Made by a program: the position numbers and the translations under genes. A model generated the notes under the pieces. It worked only from the letters and a program-made list of their open reading frames with translations, was not told the origin of the DNA and searched no databases. A stretch of 63,812 nucleotides of DNA, counting the filler, from Sphacelaria rigidula (Eukaryota), in assembly GCA_964200075.2 (NCBI GenBank). It is 8 parts of 8 records of this genome, joined end to end, with 100 filler letters (N's around TTAATTAATTAA, not from the genome) between each part and the next. Parts side by side here need not be neighbours in the genome. Positions count along the whole stretch, not along the records: positions 47,937 to 55,824 come from CAXNAA020013092.1; positions 55,925 to 63,812 come from CAXNAA020013093.1; 6 more parts are not named here. One strand, 5' to 3'. This document shows positions 48,222 through 61,600 of the stretch, one piece after another. Positions within the stretch are counted from its first letter, which is position 1. The number at the start of each line of letters is the position of its first letter.

Positions 48222-49406
48222 CAGGGATCTACACGTTACACGTTCACGTTCACGTTACGTTTATCACGTGAAAAATATTTAAGGTTTACGTTACGTTACG
48301 TATGTCACGTTAAATAAATTTGAACGTTACGTTAACGTTTCATATGAAAAATAAATGTTACGTTCACGTTACGTTCATCACGTGAAAAAAATTAACGTTA
48401 CGTTTCGTTACATGTAACGGAATATGAAACGTTTCAATGTCACGTGTAACGTCTAGTATAACGTTACGTTGACACGTGTAACGTTCGAATGTAGCGTTTC
48501 ATTCTGTGCATGTCGCGGCTCATTCACCAGTGTTGAAGACGTTGTAACGTGTCGTGTAACGCGTGATGTTACCGTGTACGTGACGCTGACGGTGAGCCGT
48601 CGGCTACTTCTCATGTATGAGAAAAAATCTTTTAAAAATCACGTTTTCTGATAACCCACTTCTCATGTGATCAGAGAACGCGTTTGAAATCCCGCCGCAC
48701 GCCAACACACCCTCCAGCCCACGACAGTAGCCATGGGTGGCTTGGCTGTCATCACCACTGCTGTCGCTGGTGCTCGCAGGCAGTCAGCGTGTTGCTTCAT
48801 TGTCCCTCGCCCGCCAGTATCATGGTAGCTCTTTACCCCATGAGGACAGCACAGGGCAGGGTCGATGACGAGTGCAGTACACTCTGTGTGTAGTTTGCAC
48901 AGACAGTACTCGTATTGTTGCTTGCATTTCAGGTCTGTGCATACAGCGTGATGCGAACAGCACTCGCGATGTAGTACAGACTGCCCACGCACCTAAGACT
49001 TGTAGAGACAGGACCGCACCATCTTCTAGGATTATAAATTTCATTGCAAACTTGAAGTTTCACCACTGCATGTGACGTGTTCATGACGTTTCATGCAACG
49101 TGTCACGTAACATATAATGTCACGTGTAACGTCTAATGCACGTGTAACGTGTAATAGACGTTACACGTTACATGAAACGTCTCATATTACGTGATTTGAA
49201 CGTTTGGGCATTTCAACGTTCACGTTACGTTACGAATGTCACATTAAAACAATAACGTTACGTTAACGTTTAATTGAGATTTTAACGTTACGTTCACGTT
49301 ACGTTCATCACGTTATATTTTTTTTAACGTTTACGTTACGTTTCGGCCAAAACGTGACGTGAACGTAACGTGTAACGCTGTGGCACGTGTAACGTCCAGA
49401 CCCCTG
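48222..49406. mobile_element. hAT-like non-autonomous element with ACGT-rich subterminal repeats
   Basis: TIRs CAGGGATCTACACGTTACACG / CGTGTAACGTCCAGACCCCTG; perfect 8-bp TSD GCGATTTT (48214-48221, 49407-49414). Confidence 0.92.
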
Positions 49407-49963
49407 GCGATTTTGACACCCCTCCACTGTTGAGCAACCCAACCTCTCCACCGCCGCTCCATTGGGGCTGAGGTTACTTTTTTAGATCATCACGGGTCTG
49501 ATAAATGTAAAAGTCAAATTTTCTGAACATAGTCGTGAACAAAAAATTCAAAGTAATTGAAGTTTGGGTTGTGTGGGCGCAAGTGGTACAGTACCCTGGC
49601 GGTCCCCAAAACAGCGCAAGCCTGCAACAAAGATGAAAATGCGCCAGTTGGGGAAGTGACACTTCTAGAGAAGCCGACGTAGATGCACCCGAAGTACGCA
49701 GGGTAAGACGGGGTTCCGTCCGAAACGTCCGCAATACTGCGATTCTCTCATGGCTCGTGTACAATATAGGCCGCCATCGTGGACGCAACATGTTGCGTAT
49801 TTCTTCTTGTTTGAGTGATCCCACTGTGTTTCATTTTCGACTACATGGCACTGACCATCTCCAATGAGTGAGTGGGTAAAGCGGGTTTACTGGCGGGGCC
49901 GGCTTCCAATAATAGACCGAGAAATATGAAACCGCCATTAACAGTCATTTCTATAAATACTGT

Positions 49964-50346
49964 ATGAGGTTGTACACTAAAGTGAGGTTCGAGCCCAAAA
50001 CAGTGCTTTCTCCACACTTTCAGAGGTGGTGCCCCATGACATTTTTTTTGGCCTAATGCCCCTCGATCACGTAGATACTTTTTCAGCGCATTTTACCGAC
50101 TCTGTGAGCTTCCAGCGCTGACCGCAACCGTCATTTTTCTCGATTTTCAAGGGGGGGAGGGTGATATCAGGGAAAATGAGGGCGTCGGTCAGCGCTGTAA
50201 GCTCACAGAGTCGGTAGAATGAGCTGAAAAAGTATCTACGCAATCCAGGGGCATTAGGCCGACAAAAAGGTCATCGGGCACCATCGCTGAAAGTGTGGAG
50301 AAAGCACTGTTTTGGGCTCGAACTTCATTTTAGTGTACAACCTCAT
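49964..50346. mobile_element. Fold-back MITE, superfamily unassigned
   Basis: Long near-perfect inverted arms ATGAGGTTGTACACTAAA...TTTAGTGTACAACCTCAT; no clear TSD. Confidence 0.85.
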
Positions 50347-52720
50347 TTTATAGAACTGTCTGTTCGTTTTTCTTTTTGAAATTTCGTCGGGAAAAAAAAG
50401 CGGGTAAAAATCCCAGCGGAACCTCTCGCCACGAATGAGGTTTTGAACCTTAGCCGACTGTAGTGTTTCCTACTAGGAGGCCGGTACTACTCTGTCAGGG
50501 AACGAATTCCGTCCCCACTCCAACAACTCGTTTGTACCCTTTTGTCGACAACCCCTGTGCTACACCTTGCCTCTCTTTGTAGAGGTAGTGCTGATATTTT
50601 GCACCCTTGGATGGAGCGCCTGGTCCATGCTGCGTGTGAAGGCATGTCCGGGCACATACCTTATCCAGCTGTCTTCAATGCGTGCAAACAAGGTTACGGG
50701 TGAGATGATTACTCACGTAAATCAGTCTCAGTTACAGCCCCGATTAATAATTTTACAAACGTACTGCATGTACTCTGAGTATCTTAGACTAGTCGCACAG
50801 CGAAGAACGTAAGCACGTAGTAGAGCGTGGCCTATCTACCGACTGGCTGGACCCTAAACGAAAAGGTATGGAAATTTCCGCCATATCCGGATACGATTAC
50901 CTGCCGACCTCACAAGCCTGAGAATGATTGGAGAAGTCAACACAATTAAACAGGCAGAGTGCCCCTAGGCTATCCACCTTGCTTCACAATATCGGTAAGA
51001 TTCGGGACACAGCGACTACCACTGGTGGGCAGACGTCCAGATGTTGTAGGCACGTTCCCTCTTGTATTATGCTCTGATATGCCCTAACCACAAGTGTACG
51101 CAACGCGCATTTTCTACACTTCCCTTTGGGTACCTGGACGCCGCTGGAACCTGGAAACTACTATTTCCTCTAGCGAGGGGTTGGTAGCTGCCATACGATC
51201 CATATCGGAGCAGGTGGGGATCGAAGCCGCATTGCTTGCAGGGAATAACCCAAACTACGCCAAGGAGGGTGAAGCACGCATCATTTCTGCAGAGTACGAG
51301 CCTCCAGGAACTAGACCTCCGTGTAATGTTGGTCTAAACTGCCCCGGTAAAGGCGATGAATGGATGGACACTAGTGGCTCGTTCATGCCAAAAAAAAAGC
51401 AACTAGCAGATGAGGTCTCTGTGAGCACGTTTCAACGAAGTAGCGAGGTCTTGATACAAACACTCGAAGTGCAGCAGCTGGAGTACATAGACTATGCTCA
51501 AGTAGCGGAACACCGTGTTACCGCTGCACGTCTGAGACGCAATTCCGAGCAACAGCGAGGCCCTTCATGCCCCGTATGTAGTGGGTGACGAATTTCAGGT
51601 AGAAATACCCGAGCAGGTTGTCATCAGTAGCCAAACACTAAGACTGATTGTGGGTGTGCTACGTACATATCGAACAGGTTGCTGTTCTACGCCTTGTGGT
51701 AAGAGTGATTGATTTAATGTGCAACGTAAAACCTCGGGATTGTGAGTTATATCGGTGAATTCAAGTCCTCTTGAATGAACAAGGTTGCTCTACATTTTGG
51801 AGGTTGAAGCTACACATCTTGCGGAATTCGCATCCCTGATGGCAGAACGGCAGCGGTACGATTCCAGCTGTCCCAAGACTGCCGTGTGGAAGACACTCAT
51901 GAGCACAACAGTCTCCCCGTGGTTACCTACGCCGCTCAGCATCACCTTTTCGTCGTTGCTATGAGCTGTTCGGCTCTTATTGCTGTTGAATACTGCTGGG
52001 TTGACCTATGCGAAGGTAGGGAAATATCGATTCGATCCGTCAGTGCTCGGAGGTCAGCTGGAGAGTTCCTCGGGGCTAGGAGATTCCATGAAAAATATAA
52101 TCAAGTATTGCAGATAACGAATGAACTCGAGGAAAACACAACTAATGGAGTGCTCGGGCGTGAGCACCCATCTACAGTCGTCAGTGTGAGGCTGTATCAC
52201 GACGTAGTTAAATCACTCATTTTGCGCGAGGCTGGACGAAAAGCGTGAGCTTACAACTCAATTGGCGGAAGGCTGAGTACTCACGCCTGACTAGGAAAAT
52301 AGGTCTACAGCTCTCGGCCCTGAGCACGAAGCTGAAGCCAGTGAGGAACCCATAATGTTTTTTATACGCATGGAATCATATCCTGGATCATAAATCATCC
52401 TGCAGTTAAATCGGTTCGTTGTGGTATTCTGCTCCCAGCCAAACGATATTGGTCGTTGCCTTTTCTACAGTAGCTCAGGTGCGATCCCAGTCGTCACCGA
52501 TATGTATTCGCTTCCTCTGCCGCGGCCAACGTAAAACACCACCCATCGATAAAAGGACGCCACCCCTCCTGCACAGTACAGTAACTTGATATCTCGCACC
52601 CCCTCCTCCGTCGGGACGACTCTGCAACATCATTGAACCAGCATATTATTTCGAATAAGAAAGTGCACCGTGTTCCATTCGTTCACATCAATACGCCATC
52701 TCGATAGAAACAAGCTTGTG

Positions 52721-55595
52721 TCATTTGCTTGCCAAATTCAGTAGGTGTGAACGAAGATAAGATCCTCTCTCAAATCCCTTTTCGTCTGCCAGGGCGGGAT
52801 CCACAAGATAGCCCTCGCAAAATTTCGCTCCACCCTGTTCAAGACGCCTGCGCAAGTTGGGTAGATTTGTGGTGCAAGCTGCAGTGCGCTTTGTACAGGT
52901 CGGTGATCCGATTATTGTCCTTCTATTAGTCGGCGATCGCATCAGGCACTCATACCCCGATAATCTCGAGCAGGAAGAAGGCGGAGTCTTCACGAGCTTA
53001 GTGGACGCATGATGAGAGTGAGGGTCACTGCAGCTCAATCGTCTTTGCGGAATAACTATATTACCCGAAATTCCTGCAATTTTCCCGCCAACTTCCTGGT
53101 GGTAGCTATCCACATCAAGTCTCGACGGCAGCACTTCCTGCGAATGGCCCTGCGCAGTAGGCGGATGGGGTAAGATGGCAGAGAGTGGCTGCTAAGATAT
53201 TGGTGCACGGGCGAAATCGCCCAATCGTTCAAAGTCTTCGCGGCAGCACTTGTCGGGAAAACACGGTACACTCGCCTGAAGCATCTTCTCGATGTAGCGG
53301 ATACGCTTCTCCTTTGCTGCATTTTTTCCCCACGAACGAAGCACTCGCCGCAACAGTGTACGGACCATCGGGAGACGTAGCGTACGCAGCGAATTAGGTG
53401 GGTACTGGAGTGACCTAATCTCCACTGCTTTCACCATTGCCGTCTCGAGGCATCCAACAGTCTGCTCAGATGCTGCTCCAGTTGGTAGCTGCTTCTCGCC
53501 CCACTCTGTGAGTTTGTCTTCCTCTTTGCAGATTCTGGAAGGAACAGAGCGTGGGCGTCCCATGGGATACACGACGCTCTCCCACGCCTCCAATGCCACC
53601 CGCTTCAGCCTGAGCATTGCGTGAGTAAATGCTCTATGGCGACCAACACGTCGCTGTTTTGATACTTTAGCCCAGGTGAGTAGTGCACGCAGTCCGACGC
53701 GGAGGCAGATATGCTGAGCCTGCGCGCGTCCGCGATTCCGACGTTGCTCAGTAATTACGAACTTCAATACAAACGCCGAGAATAATATGTACAAATGAAA
53801 TTACGGCAGTGCGGGTGCTCTTATACTCCCAGGCTGGGATCACGACAATGTTTTACAGCTTGCAGTCTGCAAAGCGAAAGGTCAAATTACCTGTCGTCGC
53901 AATTGGGATGAAAGCTGCGAGTGACGTGACCAGGCCGTTAGCGTACGTCTGGCTAGTGTTGTCGTCAGGACGTATGAGCGCAGGATCGTAAACAGACGCC
54001 TTTTGAGGATTCGCCCTTGGTAGTGCGTCACGTTGCTGCAAGAAGCATCTCTACGGCCTCGTGCAATTATGAAACACGTTTTGATGCTCCTCTCTCGATT
54101 TGCGGCTCTCTGCCACGCCTGCAATGCGGATGACATGCGAACCGTCCCCGCCCAGAATCCAGCTCGCCACACGATCAAACGGGCGATCCTCCGCCTGTGC
54201 GTCCACCGACGCAGGCCAGATAGACCATGGCGGAGCTGAGTTCGTCGCTGAATGTTGATAACCAAAATTAGCATTTTTTTAGGACCGGTGTAAAGATTAA
54301 ATATTGCCGTGAGCTATGATAGCACCATCATTGAGTCTTGAGCCCCCATAGAAACAAGGTCCCCGCACGACAAATGTAAGACTTTAACGGGAATGAGTCA
54401 CCTGCGAAGTGCAACTTCCTGGTCTGACACCACAATCAATACGCACCTGGACAAACGCGCTTGTAGCCCGAGAGCGTAGGGCGTGCGCGATTCGCATGTG
54501 CCATAGAGACACCGCAGCGGCGAGCACTTGACGCCGCCAATGCTGATCGGTCATGCGGCTCCGTGAGTGTTCGCGCTTGAATATCCGCCCGGATTTTCGC
54601 CATAGCGAAAACGCTAGCGTCAAGCGGCCGGTGATTATCGATTTGTGCGCCTTGCGGACATGATGAAAGGCTTCCAACACCTGTTTTAGGATGCCGCGAT
54701 TAGTGCCATAACAACACCTTGCCTGGGCACTAGACCTCTGGGTCACACCATAGCCATAGGCAGATCGGAAACTCACAGATTTCTGTAGCCCAGGAGACAA
54801 TTCTGGAGTATGAACGTACCGAGGCGTGCGTCGATGAACCCGTATGTTAAAGGTGGGGTGGTGGAGCTGTACATATTTTCTTGACTATGGTATATTGTAG
54901 GTGATAAAATGCCTGCCCCACCTCACGCCACAAAAGGATTGCGGCAGCCTTTCGTCGGTGGTTTTTCGTCCGGACTGCACTGCGGGCTTGAGCATTTGTC
55001 CGAGTCACGTACGAGAGCCACATCAGCCCTTGTGCCAAGATTTCGCGCCGGCGAAAAGCAGAGGCTGTGTGCTGACTTTTCCGTTGTAGTGGAAGCGTAC
55101 AGGTTCTTACATGCCAACGTTTCAAAGCTCGCTTGAGGCGAATCGACCTGCGAGACGAAATATATTAATAGTGAAACCTGATATTGCAAGGGCTGCGAAG
55201 ACTTTGCAGGGAAGACATATCATACATTCCCGGAAATCAGTGCTGCAGAAGGAAGTACACTCGCTGTGCTGATGTTTCCTACAGGTGGCTTCGGCCGTAG
55301 ACGTTCGCAGCCATGAAACAAACTTGTGAAACAAACTTGTGAAACAAACTTGCAAAGGATCGCACGAAGATGCACCTCGTTGCCATTAAACCACAGGCAA
55401 GCTCCCGGTTGCCCCGTAACCCGTACATCAACACTGATCCTACCACGACAGGTTGCCAGCCCATGCCCGGGTTTACTGACTTATTGTGGATCCCTATCCC
55501 TCAAGTGATGCAACACACATGCTACTCACAGCTTACCTTGCAAACGCCGCTGTGTGCCTGCTCAGTGCCGCGCACTGTGCCCATCGCTGCAGGTG
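52721..55595 (-). CDS. Sfi1-repeat (centrin-binding-like) protein, partial multi-exon gene
   Basis: In-phase exons 55537-55595, 54922-55147, 54447-54680, 53891-54247, 53276-53719 and 53149-(~52800) encode Arg-rich helical repeats ending in L/F-x-x-W (RALKRW, LAFSLW, SALQAW, RTLTAW, VALEAW, RVLRSW). The 3' boundary is uncertain. Confidence 0.65.
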
Positions 55596-56294
55596 CTGCG
55601 TCATCGATTGCTGTACTCTTGCCCTTATGAACCGGGTAGATGATTTTGACAAGACTGGAGAACAAGAGGAAAAGTGTGATCGGCCTGGGGGTTCCGTACT
55701 TTCAGTTTCGACGCATATAGGCCCCTAAAGTTGAAGTTCGATAAATATTCGGAGGGAGGGGTGTACTCATGATCATGCATGCCATAGTCATCAGACCATT
55801 GACCTCGCATCCCTACAAAGCCGGNNNNNNNNNNNNNNNNNNNNNNNNNNNNNNNNNNNNNNNNNNNNTTAATTAATTAANNNNNNNNNNNNNNNNNNNN
55901 NNNNNNNNNNNNNNNNNNNNNNNNGGGGGGGGGGGGGGGGCATGATTGGTCGACCGTTATATATATATAGAGTGATCCGCTCAGCATCCAGCGGAGATGA
56001 CAAGATAGATGTACCCATGGCAAGATGAAAACACACCAAAGCAATGTTCGAGTACAGTAGACACCGTGTAGCAGAAAAAAGACAGCATTGTGCACCTCCA
56101 TTTACGCTCAACGCTCAAGAGTGGGTAGCAGGCCGGACACATCAAAAGTCGGACAAGCTTCACGTATGAGCCGTAGTGTGTCCGGAAGGCAATCAATTTT
56201 CCATTCTGCGGGTCGATGGCAAACAAAAGCGTTTGCCTGACAAGGGAGGACCCCGAATGGATCATACCAGATCGCATCGGACGGGGGGGGGGAG

Positions 56295-56597
56295 GGGGGG
56301 GGATACCCATGATCTTGCACGCTGTTGACATATTTTCGATCTCGCGTCCCTACAAAGCCGGAACGGAGCACGCCGGATCTTGTCGGACCAGGCTCGCAAT
56401 CACCAAGCGCAAAGCGCCGTGATGTGTTCAGCGAGTCGCATGAAGAGTGAGCTGCATCCGGCTAAGATTTTTCGGCCCGAAGCGTATTGCTTCATCTGGC
56501 ATATAGACGACAGCCTACAAGGAATTGCTTCATTTTCTGGTATCGCCATTTCCAGAGACAGCCACGGGCTACACATTATCTCATGGGTGTCTCACCA
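56295..56597 (+). repeat. Near full-length copy of the G-run-bounded repeat
   Basis: Aligns with 40012-40325 and is flanked by G-runs. Confidence 0.8.
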
Positions 56598-57340
56598 GGT
56601 GGCAAGGGGGGTACGAGCAGGAGAAGGGTGCAATAGACTCGAATAGGAGCAGGGAAGGCTGACCGCGTGGAGCGTTTCTGGCACACAGTTCTCTGATTGG
56701 CTGACGTCAGTCGTCGACCAAGGAATATCGATCAATCGGATTTCGTCCGTCTTTTATTGTCGGCGAATCAGGAGACTGCGTGCTACCCTCCCCCACTCTC
56801 TCTACCAAGAAAAATAAAGTGAGGTAACAAAGGGCATAGTACAGTCCAGTCCAGAACAGTACGGGAAACGCGAAGCATTCTTGCTCAGTACTTCTCGGAA
56901 GCAGTCGCGTTTTGTTTCGCTTCCCCCCGCCCGCCTGTATGTGCCTCTTCGAGCTGCTCTTGTATCATGTGTACTATGTTCACCTTCGAGATAGCCGAAG
57001 AGCAGCAGTTCTCGGGACGAGTAACAGTAGAGTCTGACGGGAGACCGCCGGAGAAATACAGCGACACGAGCGGGAGATTGGAGCGAGGGGGCAATGGGTG
57101 GGATGGCGGTGGGATGGGAGTATTACAAAGGAGACAAACAGTCCAAACAGGAAATCTGAAATGCAGTTCATGTCATCAGTTGCAGCATGCTCGGGCAGAG
57201 GAGAAGGCTCAATTTCTGAGTTACCGTTGACAACAAAAACATCCGTATCTTCGAATACGGGGTTTGTAGGAAACCACCTCGACTCCATCGGCAAAAATAG
57301 TATCCTTCGTTTGGATCGTGTGCCCGACTTTTGATATTTC

Positions 57341-58668
57341 ACACACGTGGACAAATAACACCCTGTAGGATGAGCTGCACAGGGTTCTCCACAGTCTTTA
57401 TGAAAACCCCTGTGTAGCATTTGCAAACCCTAGTACCTGTAATAGCATTTTGCATAGCGTTTTTGTCGAAACCCTGCAAGGAACCCTGTGGAGAGGCCTT
57501 CCCAATTTGGGAAATTCCAAATTATTTTGGTACAAAATCTGTAATTTGTTTTGGAATAGCTTCTCCTGCTGTCCGAGATAAATTCGTTTTTGCCCGATTG
57601 AATCGGGCAAAAACGAATTTATCTCGGACAGCAGGAGAAGTTGTTCAAAACAGATCCTGTTCTCGCCCAATTCATTTCGGCAAAATAAAAAATCTATTTC
57701 GAACAGCAAAAAACGCTGTTCGAGATCGATACTTTTTTCGCCCATTTTTGAACAGCTTCTTCTGCTGCGCAAATCCCATGCACACTGGTAGATTTGGAAT
57801 TTGAACAGCAAAAGAAGCTCAATATAAATCTTCACTTTGCCCTCCAATTCATCCGGAGATTGGGGGACGAGAGATTTATTGCGAGCAGCGTCAGCTGGGC
57901 ATATCCCGCATACTGCACCGTTATCAGCATGTGGGATCCGACAAGCAGAAAAAAATGTTGAAAGTAATTCATCCTTTTGCCCCCCGGTCCATGCACATGG
58001 GCTAAAGGATGAATAATTCTCAACAGCTTTGGCTGAATGGAGATCCGACACACTGATTTCGATCGAGTGTATGTCCACACGCCGACGAGTTTAGGTACGA
58101 CGCTTCCGCTCAAGACGTGGATACTGCAGCGACGGTAGATACCTCGCATATTAGGGCACATTGCTTTTGAAAACCCCGTGGTCCGCAGTCTACCAAAATC
58201 ACCCAACCGAGTATGATTTTGTTTCGAGAGGTTTTTGCTCGATAGTTATTAGAAGCACAAAAGCAGAAAAGAAAGCTGGTAGCTCAATGTACAACATGAC
58301 ACCTCGCCATGTCTAAAGTCTCGAGTTCAATTCTTACCCCTGCTACTCTTCGAGCATTTTTTGCTGCCAGTTCCATGCCCATGCTGTACAGAGTATATTG
58401 CATGCGTGCTATGAAGGTTGCACAGCATATTATTAACAGCGATGAATTCTACACGGAGTGACGAAACCCTGTGAAGCGCTCTGTGTGACACAAAATAATA
58501 CCCTACCGTCAAATCTCCACGAGAAACCCTGCACAGTTTCCCTGAACCTTGTGAAGCGCCCTGTGGGGCGCAAAAACAAAACTACGGCCAGATCCCCGCG
58601 AGAAACACTGCACAGTTTCCCTGAACCCTGTAGACGTTCCCCACAGGGTGCTATTTGTCCACGTGTGT
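57341..58668. mobile_element. TIR DNA transposon derivative with CAC termini and AAACCCTG subterminal repeats
   Basis: ACACACGTGGACAAATAACACCCTGT / ACAGGGTGCTATTTGTCCACGTGTGT inverted ends; repeated AACCCTG motifs near both ends. Confidence 0.75.
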
Positions 58669-61600
58669 ACTCAGGGACATCAAGGGCTTCAGTGACAAGC
58701 TACTACAGAAAGCATACCGGACCTCGTGGAGGGTATAGGATATCGACGTCTAGCTGTAAGCACACGCCAGTGATGCAGACAAAGAGAAGCACACACGGAA
58801 TTCAGAATTGGCCAGGTTGGAGCAAATGATAAAACCCACAGCGCTCTACTTTCAATCTCACGAAAAAAAAATTATTCTCAGTGTTTCGCCTATTAATGGA
58901 ACGCACGACAACGATCGTCTTCCGAATACCGCTGACTTGAAATTTCAAGTGACACTCTCAATCTCACGAAAACCGTATCGCGACAGGGGTTATATTACTC
59001 CTGACGTGCGAAAAGGAGTTTAATATTTTGATTGGAAAACTCGCGTGAGGGATCGCGTGAACCGCCGCTTCTTGGACTCTTGATTGAGCTCCAACAGTTT
59101 CGCGTGAGTAGCCTTGAGCTCTGAGATTTTCGATTCGATACCTCAGGTCGGGAAGAGTCTCTGCAAACTACAAGCAAGAAACAGCCGGTTACATCATAGA
59201 AGAATACATGATCCGCAGGCATGAGCAACGACAATGGGGACATGAGAGGTGGTGAATCAGAAACGTGATAATAGTGTAGAGGGAAGTAGCCCAAAGATGA
59301 AACTTCGATGGAGGTCTGATGTACAGTCGTGCTCAGGAGTGCAATGACTTTTGCCTTTCGAGATTATGGGTATTAACAGACTAGACGTTTATGAAAAGGG
59401 TCAAACAGCGTTCAGAGAGCTGTACACCGGTAGCATTCATCATCCTGGCGATGTTGATGCTGTCATCGGTTTCCGAAACGATGTAGTTGATCCTTTGTTG
59501 ACCGTATATGTCCGATGGATGCTTCAAAATTGTGTTAGAGGGCATATTTCTGCAGTCAGCGGTCCGGGAGAGCACTAGCATGTTATACTCTGTGCGGCCT
59601 CAATCGCACGTCAAGCACGCATCTCCGTAGGTCCGATACAATCCCAGATATGTCACACATATATCACACATGCTGAGGCACATTTGATGACTTGGAAGGT
59701 TACTCAGTGTAACCTTACTCAAGGTGAACGACCCATCCCTTGGATGGTGGTTGATGCCTTTCACAAATTGAGGTCGACCAACTTCCGTGCTTCATGCTGA
59801 CGAAGATCCTACTTCCTCCTCGCTCACGAGATTCACATAGCCCGGGGGCCACATCACCAAGGCGAAAAGCATGACCGTGTGCTCGATTGACTGATACTCG
59901 CACATCAGCTGATGCCCGGGGGACCCAGCCGTGGTCACAAGATCGATGTACTAAAGGTAAACAACGGAAGCGCTCGCCGAAGAAGAATAAAGGAAACCGA
60001 AACGTACAACAGACAAGCAGAGAGTGTTGCCACGATACCCCCCCCCCCAGAAATAAAATAAGATTTACCAACAAACTGTCACGAAGAAATGGCCATAGCG
60101 CGCGAGCGCATCGAGATGATGGCTGGTTCCAGAAACCAGTTCTTCGGATTGAGTATGAAGAATGCCGACAGCTGGCTGGTTTCAGAAACCAGGTATAAAC
60201 ATTTCTTATGTAGATTTCGCCTCGGTCCCGACCACACGTTTCGGGGGTGGGGGGAAGGGGGGGGGGGGGGCTACCGCGGCATCACTCCAGAGTACACTTA
60301 GATATAGAAAGACGAAAAAAAATAGAAATGACCAGCCTCTGCAACATGGCTTCAACTGGAAGGGGTCTTCCGGCAGAAGCGCATGGACTCATACACAAAC
60401 GAGAGAAAAATGCCGTCGGAACTTATCGCGGCTCAGTCATTTCGGCCACATTATTTTGGGAACGAGCTCTCACCCGTGAACCCTACGGAAGAGAAAGGCG
60501 ACGAACTACGAACTGATCCACAGGAATAAACACAGCGCGCGAGAGATCGATATGTATATATGCATATATAGATGAGTAAAGAATGAGGGCGATGACAGAG
60601 AAGAAGAGAACCACGGGAATGATGGAATCCAAGGACACAGCACCGTAAAAGCAGTTTTAAACGCACACCAAGGAACATCGCGAGGCCACCGACCGAGCAC
60701 AAAGGCAACAACAACTGATACATCGAACCACCTAATTTCTTCTTTGCGTGCCAAGCATCTCACATTCAACGTCCTGACGACCCAACATCTCAACGTCCCA
60801 ACAAATAACATCCAACCACTGTCGGCGGACATCACACCCCCAAGGAGATTTTGACGAATCTTCATGAACCCGCGCCATAAACACCCAACATTTAACATTT
60901 ACGACACAAGATCGCCACGAATCATCACATGGCACGATAAAAACTCACACACATGAGCAAAACCAACCAGAAATAGAGAGCAAGCCAAATCAAGCACCCG
61001 TGAATGTTAACCTAGACATCAATTCTACCACGCAAATTCATCAACCCCAATTACATCGAACGTCGATGCAATTGGGCTGTCCACACTTCACGCGTTCCGT
61101 AGCCAACGCCAACTACCGTAGAGGAAGTTGTATGACACCCCCTGCTCATTTGATGTTTACACCTATCGCCATCTATCCACACGGAAATATTGTCGGGAAC
61201 TTCCTCGAGCGGTGTCATGTATGGGAAGTTCACTGCTGAGAGCTCCAGAAGCCATGCAGACACTGTTCTTCGAAATATATCCCTGCTCTACTTAGCGTGT
61301 TTAGCAATGAAGCTAGCGATCTTGGGCTCTTCGGTGACAGTCTTGATGAGGGCCACCAGCGCAGGATAGGGTGCGGCGACGTCTGGAGAGATGAAGTCTA
61401 TCGAAGTGATGCCGGTAAAGTTGGCGACGAACGCCAGGTCTGCCACGGTCATCTACGGCCCACGAGAAGAAGCACAGCTCGAAACGAAGCAAAAGGATAT
61501 ATATATATATATATATAATGACATGTTTTACGAGGAACAAAAACACATGTCCACGCATGAACGCTGAATCACAACGGTTATTGCTCGGCATGTCGATCTG

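Noticed and set aside
55314-55352. 13-bp triplication frameshifting the Sfi1-like gene
   Set aside because: Exon 55537-55595 splices in phase directly to 55147, so the repeat is intronic.
7891-55924. Regularly spaced TTAATTAATTAA palindromes as a biological periodic motif
   Set aside because: They are embedded in N runs: an assembly linker.
57398-58078. 226-aa minus-strand ORF as a gene
   Set aside because: Runs through a palindrome and the subterminal repeats of a TIR element; no recognisable domain.
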